Positions 36,401 through 47,300 of a stretch of 64,000 bases of DNA are shown here, one piece after another. Each line of letters opens with the position of its first letter. Positions within the stretch are counted from its first letter, which is position 1. This DNA is from Takakia lepidozioides (lineage: Eukaryota; Plantae; Bryophyta). The stretch covers positions 41,478,001 through 41,542,000 of the forward strand of contig CM060733.1 in NCBI GenBank assembly GCA_030704615.1, read 5' to 3'. Both the position numbers and the translations under genes were made by a program. A model generated the notes under the pieces. The model was not told the DNA's origin. It did no database searches and saw only the letters and a list, made by a program, of their open reading frames with translations.

Positions 36401-36568
36401 GGGTCCAGAAATGTTTCTATTGCTTTTGGTGTTAGTCACCTGATGGAAGAGAATATGGTGACACATTGAGGTGCCGGCCACCGAACAATTATGCAGTGTG
36501 TCTATCACACCAATGCCGTGATTGATAGCGGATTAAATATACTGTCAGCCCCTGCAGGCATATATTAC

Positions 36569-36716
36569 TAATTCATGTGTGGCAGTTTATGCAACTTTAT
36601 ACATCCTTATGCATGCTTTCTCTGGAGTTAGAGCCTCAGTAGAGCCAAGCTCAGTGCTCTTAAATCAGTTGGCTTCTTGAGCTAAGGTTCTGGTGAGTCT
36701 TTGTATGAGCTGTCTG
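36569..36716 (-). repeat. 148-bp inverted repeat, right copy
   Basis: Reverse complement of 27496..27643; lies just downstream of the stop of ORF 36735..37325. Confidence 0.93.
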
Positions 36717-36734
36717 AAATCAGCAGCTTTTCAT

Positions 36735-39700
36735 TTAGCGACGTCTTGTATAGTCACATTGAAACAGATGGTTCTTAAGAGCTTCAAGGTCTTCCAGCTT
36801 TTGCACCAGATTTTCCATCCCCCATCGTCTACGCGCTCCATTAGCATGCAGTCTACTGATATGGCTTGGCACAATCTCCTCTTGAAAGCCTAAGGAACTT
36901 TGCAGGGGGTAGCCAGCATCCATAAAGTCTCTCAAATCCTTTTGAGCTTCGTTCATTGCTTCCTTGAGATCCAGACTGTCTCGTAACTCACATATGTAAG
37001 AAGACTTTGCTTCGAGATAGCCGTGGCACACCTCTTGGCTTGTATCATGGCAAGCCAAGTCGAGACCTCCGGAGATTTTGGAGGAAAAATGAGGCTTACT
37101 TTGAACTGACAATAGAACCTTTTGGCCTGTTCTAGCCATAAGATCAATGTCGCAAACAGCAGTGGCGGCAGAGACACTGGGCATGCTGGCCTCCCTTTGG
37201 ATCCCCTCCATAACATTCTGATAGGACTCATGGTTGATATCTTTCCCAAAGCCATTGTGTTCCAGTTTCTCACTGAGATTGCTCTGTAACCTCATCTTCT
37301 TGATTGGGGTCTTTCGCCTGTCCATATCATCAACTCGAACATGACATTCTGTCTGGCTAACTGAAACTGATGAACATGGGATCTGGAAGGTAATTGGTAT
37401 ATTGGGACTTGCTGGCTTTGTCGTACAATTAACCTGCTCAGGATCTGGGTGAGACAGGAGATGCCCTCTTCGATACTTCGATGAGAGGGCATGTTGCTCC
37501 CCAAGTAGAGCCTGAAGTTCCCTTTCTTTCTCGTCTGACCAAGTTGGATCTTGACTGCATCCAACTCAAAACAGAAGCTTCCAATCATCTATGTAATCAT
37601 CTTTTGCAGAGAAGTTTTATCTTTTCAAGCTAAGGTGTTTGTCAGTACTCACTTCCTCAGTCTAGATCTCTCTGTCTCTGTCTCTGTTCATGTCATCACT
37701 GCACTGTGCCTGAACTATGGCATCTTCAAATGTCATACCTTAGATAGTTGGTCCCGGCCATGAGCTCCGTGAGTTTTCCTCTCGGATGATCAAGGTTGTC
37801 CTCTGCTCTGAACAGGATTCACAGGAAGAGGGTATGAGTTTAAACTTTTCGAGTGCATGTGAGAGACAGAGATCCTGGCCGTTCCCTGTGGATATCAGCT
37901 ATGACATCATATCCATTAGGGCATCAACCCATAGCTTCTAAACCGTCCAGAGCTATTTAAACCTCTCAGAGTGTATGAAAACTGCCATAGCCCTTGCACA
38001 TAGTATGTGGCAAACAGATTGTAAAGGAGTTGATGGAGCTGCTTTAACCATGACTATGACATCATACCAGAAAGAGCATGATACTGACTGCGCACATCCT
38101 TCGACTAATATAGAAACCTCCCTCAGGAAGAGTACTGTTGGGTTTGGCAACAATAAAGACAGGCTACAAGCATTTGGAGCAAGGAATCATGAATGGCAAA
38201 CAAGAAAGCGATGATATTTATTGGTGATACTAGAAACCAGGCTGAAAGCTCTCACACAGTCCTTTGTGGGATGGTATGAGCCTTCTTCTTGTGCTTCTCC
38301 ACCATTTTCTCTAGCTGCTTCCAATCCCCACAGAGTTTAGACTTACTCCTCTTCCTCCACATCCCGCCATCTCCAAGCAGCGATTTAGTCCTGGTTCTAG
38401 TGATTGTTTGTATTGTTTTATCTTATTGCCTCATCCAGTACGTAAGTATTTATTATGAGAATTTATCTAGAGTGCATTGTTGTCGCCATCCTTGGGCCAT
38501 CTGACAACAAGTGGGTGTATACACAATAATGAATCCAGTGGAGTAAGGCAATGAGAAAGGAGGGTGCCGTTCAGAGACAGCACATTGTATCCAGCAACTG
38601 CAGTTCCCCTCCTTGTATGCTGCTTTCGTGCTACCTTCTGCCCTAGTGCTCGCATTGCCTGCCCAGCCCAGATGCACACCACTCATCTTTTTATGGAACT
38701 TAAGCAATTGCACTTTGTGTACATCTACATACAGAATTATTGACCTCAGCTCTTCAGGCGGTCCTCGTGCAATAGCAGTTGCTTTTTAGCTTCCCAAATT
38801 TCGTAGACCTGTACCTCTAATAAAGTATCTTGTGGTATGAGAGTCATACCATGTCCGCGATGTAGAGTCTGGACATGTGATCCCTCCCATTCACCAGATT
38901 GATTCAAACACCAACTAATCAGGTACCACTGTGCGACAACTCATGGTGGTGAGCAACAATGAAGTACCCGAGAATGTTGCTGGAAGATTGTTGCAAGGTC
39001 TTGCTTGGCAAGCCCAAGCATACGTTTAACCTCCTTTACAATCTCCTTTGCCGCTGCCTCTTTCTCCACCAGCCTTTCCTGCAACCCCCATTTCTCTTTT
39101 GCATCAATATCTTGGCGTCCTTTAGGATGGAAAATATCACCCTCATGTGAGTAAAAGCCGGCGTCAAGATAGTCTGGTAGTTCTTTCATGAAGCTGGGTG
39201 ATGATGAATAAGGCAGGTTCAACCTAAAGTAACTTGGGGGTTACAGGTGTACCTTGAGCTCACAGGTGTGTGCATACTCCTCAGTAAGCTGTGCCCTTGC
39301 CGTTTTCAGCAAAACCTGCTCATACACACCATCCATCAACTCTCAAACCTTACCTCTTCCCTCCCTATGTCTCTATCAAGCGTTTTCTCTCAAGCCTATT
39401 TTGAAAATAACTTCTTTGGACACCAGTCCATAAACATGATGGAGATGCCCAGCTGACTGGATGATTTGACACAGGTGTTGGTGTTAGTACGGACACGCTT
39501 GATCCATTTCCCATTTCCAAACAACCTTATACTGAATCCTGCCATCCCATGGTGTATACTGGAAAGATCATGACCTCAAGTTGTTCAACTCCCATTTCCA
39601 AACAACCTTATACTGAATACTGCCATCCCATGGTGTATACTGGAAAGATCATGACCTCAAGTTGTTCAACTCGTTGGCTGTGCAGAGTCATGGCATCTGC

Positions 39701-42224
39701 CATACTGGCTATCTCTGTCTCCATCTGCTCCATACGTTCTTTAATATTTTTCCTTTCCAGCTCCTCACCTGTGCTTTTAACCCAGACAAACTATGGAGTC
39801 AGTGCAAAATGGCACATCAGCCGTAGCTAACTTAGGTGTCTGTATGTTGTCTAAAATTAACTTCTTTGAGCCTTTGAGATTCCCCAGAGGCAGCTGCGAC
39901 ATCACTTTGCTCTGGAGTTGGTGTGTAAAATGCTTGGAGACGCTGTCAGTGTGTACCTTGAGGTAAAACATGACACTGCAGATGCCAAACAGAAATCACT
40001 AAAATCACTTTAAATGGAGAGGCCATATGGGTACACACATAGGTAATGTGTCACTCGACAACAACGCTATATCTTAACTTTAAAATTTGTTAAGGCCAGA
40101 TTGCTGACCAGGAGGCTGTACTGGAAGAAGGGAACAGCAGGGTGGTGGACGGGATCGAAGTAGCTTTACAGCCATAACCACGCGCCCTTGTGCATATTTC
40201 ACCCTGATTGCCTGGTTCTCCAGCCTGTATAACCCGGCGTCTGCCATTCCATTATTTGATTCTGCCTTGGTCCTTGCTCAGTGGGGTTTACCACTACATC
40301 CGGGACCCAAATTCCTTCATTGTACTTGCAAAGCAAGGAAAGTATTCTCCTCTAAAATCTTTGCCCTCAGACAGCAAGGATGGCGTGTAGGGCCACTCAC
40401 AGTTGTTACAGCAGGCACTACTAGGAGATGTATCCACGCTAACAGCTTTGACTCGGTGCACACTAACTTTGAACTACCACACAATGCTGTTACAGCCTGC
40501 TTCAAGGTGCAGCCATCCACTCCCTTACAACGATTATTACCAACAAACATAAGCTAGAAAATAACCAACCAACCAATTAGAGGTAGTCAAGTTCACTTTA
40601 TAGAGCCTGGACGCCCCAAAGGAGGCAGTAGCCATGAGGCGAAGTGGCTCTCAGTGGCTCTCAGTTACGGAGAGTGTTCTTCTAGCTGAACAAATTTTCA
40701 TGGTAATTTCTATAGGGCTCTATATGTTCCTTCAAGATTCCCCAAGGTTAGCATATTATACAGTATTCCTTCTTCTGTTTCTCCTGGCCCCCTGTCTATG
40801 TATCTCGCTCATTGGAGAAGCACTAGACGTTCTACCTTGAAGAGGCCTGAGAGAAGAGATCGAGCTGCGAGCAGGTCATAACGGAGTATGCATGCACTGC
40901 TTCGAAGATAGCATGAGCTACCCCCTCCACTTCCTTCACCACAACTTCTTGTTTATGGGCAGCTTCTGCCCTAAACTCCATCTCAGCTGCCCTACTCTGC
41001 TCCGACTGCAATTCATCGACACGCCGTTGCAACACCAGAATGAACACTTCACGGCGCCATCGTGCCACCATTTTGTCGGGTAAGCAACCCCTGCTTTCAT
41101 CCCTCTCTCGGCTCAGTTCCTGCTCTTGTATCTCCACTATCGTTTTCATGGCATCCAAGCGCACCTGCATGCCCATAAGAAACAGATCAGCGTGTCCTCT
41201 TTCAGGTTTGGCACTTGCACTGTTCAACTACAAACGTTCACCTACATGCAGGACCAAAGGTGCCGAAGGTGTCTGGGAAATTGACAGGTTCTTGGAAACA
41301 ACTTGTGGATGGTAGCGCGGATTACCTCTAATAAGGATACGAGGTTTTGAAGGCGTTTGATCTCCACGAGCCTGGAGACACCCTCTAACTCCTGCCCATC
41401 TCGTCGCCATGGAAACCTGTCAACCATCGTACTAGTGACAAGTGACAACGGCTCATCTGCCTTATAATCCATACCTCGCAACACAATTCACAACATTCTG
41501 GCTAGTAAATAGTGCCACAGAAATCAATTTCTCATGGGACACTCCGTCAACATGATGTAACATGAATGTCTCTGGAGAAAAACATCCGAAAATCTGCAGT
41601 CTTGCAAGATTAATGACATGTTATCTTCACACTGAGCATCATGCCGTCTGTTCATTTTTCAAAATGATAAAGAAAAGAGAAGGAGATCCTAAAAGTTCTC
41701 CTGAAGTCGATGTTATCAACAAGGGAGAGAGAAAAGGAAGAAGGAACTAGATATAATGTTGACCTTCTTCACCAACCAAATTGGATAACTAGTTGTTGCG
41801 AGAGAGCTGATTGAGGGCACGGCCCACTATTAGAGCCGATGCACAGATTCTAAGATTCCATCTACAGCTCAGGAGAAGACTCTCGAACTCTTTCCTTAAG
41901 AAGCATTTGTTGGACTGGGAGTGAGCGAAGTGTTATGGAGTGGAGAAAGTAGGATTAGGACAAGCAAGTAGTAGAGAGGAGAGGAGTGGCAGTATGTGGC
42001 GGGTAGAGCGTGCAAATAGTGTGGCCATAAAACATCCCTAGAAATCTGCAGAAAACAAAGTGAGAGCACAGTGTGGTTTCAACGGCAGAGAAGACAGTAG
42101 CAGTTACGAGTTCCGTTCCCGGGAAGGCGCATCCTGTGACGGTTATTACCGGTAAGGCCGCCGTGAATTCTCGTGAATCCTCCTTCATCCATCCATCCAC
42201 CCCTCCACACTCGAAACCATTCAT
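36735..42224 (-). CDS. Multi-exon coiled-coil protein, CCHCR1/HCR-like (exon structure only partly resolved; may be degenerate)
   Basis: Exon ~40837-41227 MQVRLDAMKTIVEIQEQELSR...ARWRREVFILVLQ resembles HCR LQVRVQSLTHILALQEEELTR...NRWREKVFALMVQ; further coiled-coil segments at ~41325-41484, 39660-39790, 38985-39222, 38600-38680 and terminal ORF 36735..37325. Confidence 0.55.
39510..39672. repeat. 81-bp tandem duplication
   Basis: cccatttccaaacaaccttatactgaat...gttgttcaact at 39510 and 39591, one mismatch. Confidence 0.95.
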
Positions 42225-42385
42225 TCGCTGGAGATGAGTTCTTGGCCTACTCTCAAACCCTAAAACGTTGTCAGGGCGTGGATTATGAGGGGGCCTATCG
42301 GTTTTGCAAGAATGACTGGGTTTCTTAAGACTCTGCTCTGCATTTGCATCCAAAGCTGCAGCAAGAGGGAAGCTCGGGGTACGTA
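42225..42385. promoter_or_regulatory. Short divergent intergenic region with telo-box
   Basis: AAACCCTAA at 42255-42263 between two head-to-head genes. Confidence 0.45.
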
Positions 42386-44260
42386 TGACAGGGGTTGTCG
42401 TAAGACGGACCACACTTCCACTGCAGCTTTTCGTATGCCTGCATCATGCTGATGGGAAGGCTCATCGAGCAATGTCGGCGATGATTGACTCACAATCGAC
42501 CGCCATGGAAAAGCGAGAGGCTGCTGCAAGGGACGCTAAGGCGCTGGAAGACGCGGCACGGGAGGATCGCCTGGATTTCACCACAGCTACCAGACTTCTC
42601 ATGTCCTCAAGACCCGAGAAGAAATTTGGGTGCATTCTCTCTCTCTTCCCGTTCATTTTCCTCATCTTAATCAATCCTTCCCTTTTTCTACACTTGGCAC
42701 GTGTCCTTAGAAATCGTCGTTAAGAATCCCATGCCCTTCACTACCATGCTGGCCATCTTTCGAAGTTTTGAGGCATTTTTTTGTCTTAGACATCTTACTG
42801 ATCGGCAGATGCTCAACAGTGGTAAAAAGGTTTCGGTTTCGAACATAAATTTTGTGACCAGTGCACCTACACCTCAATCCTAGGTAGTATACGTGCAGAT
42901 TATGCAATTCTTACATATTCCTTTTGGCAAAAATCCAGGGAAGGTGCTGAGAACAGCAGCCACTAGGGCCTAGATGAGCCTTGTTAACCCTTGTTAATTG
43001 ATTGAGCCAGTTGACTTGAGGATCTTGTTTGGGTGAGGGGCATTGTGTAGGGTTCTGGATTTAGGCTGTACCATGGTAGCAGTGATTCCCTAGTGCTCAG
43101 GTTTGGTATTAGGTATGCTTGGAAAGGGGATACGAGATCTCATTTTAGACAATCTAATCTTGCTTTATCATGGGGATAGTCAAGTCTATTTGTTCAGGTT
43201 TGTAGATATTGTTCATGTTTACAAATTGTATTAATACTCCAAGCCATTTAAAAATTTGCAGAGATGTTTTTCCCAGTTGCCTCTAATGGACATCCCCAAC
43301 ATTGCTACTTGATTGTGGGGGATCCCAATACATGGTAAGGTCCATGGCATTCAAAATCAAAGGCTTTGATGTGGCAAGGAACAACACCAGGTCTCAAGAA
43401 CAGAGGAGAGTTTAGGTAGCAGATGTTACTATTTGTTACTATTTGTTCTCAAATAAGTGGAATTCAACTTACACCATGTAGAATTTCTGCTGCCAATTGG
43501 CCTGTACAGGCCACCTAGAGATCTCTTATTGTTATTCTCCTCAATTGTTTAGTTATCATGTGTGTGTGTGTCAAGAGAGGGAGAGAATGTACTCGTAAGA
43601 CGTTGTTTACTGTAGCCTTGTGGTCCTGAGAGAGCAGCTCCTTAACTCCATTTCCATTCACTCTTAAAGGTTATAAAGCAGCCCACCATTGGTCACTACA
43701 GCCATTGCCACTTGTGAGAGGCACGCCCATTAATAAGCATGGGTCACCCCTGTAGTTTATTTTTGGAACATTCCGAGACTCGGGTGTAATCAAGGTACAT
43801 GGATGATTATAGAATCATCCTTCATGCATTTTCTTAATGTCACAATAGCTCACATTACGATTAAGATCAAGGTAGGGATGAAGCATAGGGTTAGGGTAGA
43901 GAGAACAGCCCAAGATGGAGAGAGAGATTGTACTCGTAACATGTTGTTTGCTGTAGCCTTGTGGCCATAGACCCCATGCCCAGCTTGGGTTATGTACTTA
44001 TGGATGAAGCATAGGGTTAGGGTAGAGAGAACAGCCCAAGATGAAGAGAGAGATTGTACTCGTAAAACGTTGTTTGCCGTAGCCTTGTGGCCACTGACTG
44101 CGCACCCAGTTTGAGTGGAACACATAGGGACAGAACTACCTTTGTCAGGGGCTGACACCGGTAGTATGACTTCCCTGGAAACATACAATTGATCGGAGTT
44201 TTCCAGATATTATCCTGTGTGTGATTCGCCCAATAACTAGACCCAAAAGGGCCTGGGCCG

Positions 44261-44316
<56 letters not shown>

Positions 44317-47300
44317 TGTCCATGGGAGGCCTGAAGAACACAGAACAAAACACAACCGTAGAACTACTTTGAAGAGAGAGAAACTGTACTATTCCCCCGG
44401 TAAGATGGGATAAAGACATTGGAAAGTGTTGAGCCTGTAGTGCTCGCTTTATTACTCAGTGGAAGATTTTCATACCTGCATAATTTTTTATCTTCCTGTG
44501 CACAAACTCAGTTAGAGAATGTTAGACTTTTATCTTTGTCGGATTCAATGAAACCAATTATCTTAGGATCACTCCTGGGCGGCCAGTGCTCCTAAGATCA
44601 TAGAAGCGATTCTGCAGAAAAGGGCTATACCTTCTTTTGCTTCACTACATCCAATGGGCAAACGAGTCTCACAGATCGGATGTGATCCTAAATGCACCAT
44701 TTCCCCCACCGATCCAGGGGAAGGGGAGGCCCAATGAAATAGTCGCATATCAAAACGACTTCTGGCATCATCTTGACCATGCTTAAGAGTTCTCATTGAG
44801 AATTGAGGGGAGAGAGAGAGAGACTGTACTCTCATAAGACGTTGTTTGCCGTAGCCTTGTGGCCATTGACCCCGCGCCCAGTTTGAGAGGAAACAAAAGG
44901 GACAGAACCTACCTCTGTCAGGGGCTGACGTTGGTAGTAAGACTTACCTTCATATATAGAATTAATCCGGGTTTTCCAGATATCCTCTAGAAATCCCTTC
45001 ACACAAGCATCAATCTGCTGTGTGTGATTTGCCCAAAAACTAGGGCTTTTGGCTCAGCCTCGAGACTTTCAAAGTTGGTAAACAGAGGTACAGGCACAAT
45101 TCCCTTGATAGATTTGAAGAGAGCGTCTCTTTGGTGAGAGAACCCCGGACAGTGTATCAGAAAATGAATACTGTCTTGAGATTGCCCACACAACGGGCAA
45201 TTGCACTCTCCCTTACCCTTGAGGTCGTCCAAGATGTCCTCCCCCATGTCACAGACTGGAAACAAGTTCAGGGAAGTTTTCTGCCTAACTTCATTTACAT
45301 CAGACAATCTCATGGCAACAGACATGGCTTTGGACACTACAGCCTCTAAGTCAGATTTATCCAGCAGGGTCAAGACTTGCGGCTCCAGGTCCAGGTCCTT
45401 CTACTCTCTTCTGCCGGGACTTAGCCTGTTTGACAGGGCGGTCCTGTTTCCAAGATATAGAGTCGATTAACTTAGGATATCTGGTGTTGGGCATATGTTG
45501 CAGCTGACCCCACCATCTGACCTTGAATTCATCTCGTCGGGAGCTTAAGGATGGAATGCCAAACTCACCTGTTTTGGAGCATGCTGACATACACTCCTTA
45601 AGCACCCCCACTTGAATGGATTCTAGAGACTTAGCCTGGTTGGAGTTATCAACCCATATTGCAGATCCGTACTCCAAGGCAGGTCTAATAACGCGACAAA
45701 GCATGGTTTTCTTAACCTCAGAGTGGACCCCTCTGCAGTGGAAAAATTTAGTGAGCCCCAGAGCTTTGCCCTTGCCAGTTTGAACAACTTTCCAGATATG
45801 TGCATCCCAATTACAATTGGAGGAAAACTCAACGCCCAGGTAAGTGAAGGAAGGGAGGACCGGGATCTCTTGGCTACCCCACTGCCACTTAAGATCACTT
45901 CCTCCCTCTCCTCTGTCGTTGAATGCTACCACTGCACATTTGCTGACATTAGCCTCTAGCCCCCAAAGATCAAAGTATCTCTTCGCGCAATCAATCAACT
46001 CCTGGAGATTGGTTGGAGTCTCCCCTATGCCTGCGAAGTCATCCGCAAACATAAGGGCTGGTATGGTGGTATCACCCACCCTTAACCCAAATCCCTCACT
46101 TTCCACATCCTCGAGGAGTTGATTGATGAAAACATTGAAGAGCAGAGGGGAGAGAGTACATCCTTGAGCTACACCTTGGTCTATGTCAAAGAAGTTGGAC
46201 TTATGTCCGTTAACAGTGACACAGCTTTTGGTGTGAGCATACAAGTTGTGGACAACTCTCCACATCTTTCCCTTGATCCCACAAGACCAGAGGCGGAACC
46301 ATAGGCCATCTCTCCACACTGTGTCATAAGCCTTTTTGACATCCAGGAAAAAAACATAAGTGGGTTTCCCTTCTTTTTCCTTCCCTGGATAATCTGGCTT
46401 AGAGTGAAGATATGATCCACACAGCCCCTGTTTCGTCGAAAGCCAGCTTGGCCTTCGTGGAAACAACCTCTAGACTCCAGATCAACCTCGAGACGAGTAC
46501 TTATAACTCTGCAGAATGTCTTGCCAACAGCATTGAGGAGCGTGATGCCACGGTAGTTCCCCGGTTCTTCTCTGTCACCCTTCTTGTATAGATTGACAAT
46601 GACCCCCTGTTGCCAGCGAAAGGGGATCATTTCAGTCTTCCAGATAAGGTTAAAGAGGAGAACTAGGGCCTCTATCATGGGATTCCCACCGTGCTTGATA
46701 AGCTCATTGACTATACCATCAGGTCCACCAGCTTTATATCTGTTTAAATGTTCAATTGCTTCCACAATCTCAGAAGAACTAATGGGAGCGTTATAAGCCA
46801 TTGAAATATACTCCAGTTCATCAGGGCTGTTTTGAATCATAGGAACAGTTTTTCCAACTGTGTCCCTCCATTCAGCAGAAGATCCCTCACTGTCAGACCT
46901 AGAAGTTCTGCCAAGGATACTGTAGTGAGTTTCAAAGGTTTTGACAATGTCAACCGATGAAGGTCACCACTGCACCTTTAGTAGTCTTCAGCGCTTGTAC
47001 TTGCTGACCGTTTTTCGGCTTGTACAAACATTGAAGGGCCAACCAGAATTTCTTGTCATTACCACAATGGTGGTTTGAGTTTATTTCACTGTATAACTTG
47101 TCCCAGTATAATTTCTTCTGAGACCTAACAAGCTGATTGATATCTTTACGGAGCTGGTAGTACCTCGCCCACAATTCTCTGTTGGTTTTCAAATTGCAGC
47201 ACTCTTTATAGAGGGCTCGTCTCTCAGCTATCTTGAGTTTAATCTCATTGGTCCACCAATTAACAGCTCTACCGCAGACAATTAGTTTCCTCCCAATGAT

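Noticed and set aside
34700-36500. Decayed hAT element (GGGTT repeats, faint DLW/TRW-like traces)
   Set aside because: No TIR pair, TSD or convincing transposase motif could be read.
27496-36716. Definite Pack-MULE or hAT bounded by the 148-bp inverted repeats
   Set aside because: Outer flanks (agtaatatg versus aaatcagca) show no 8-9 bp TSD; kept only as an open finding.
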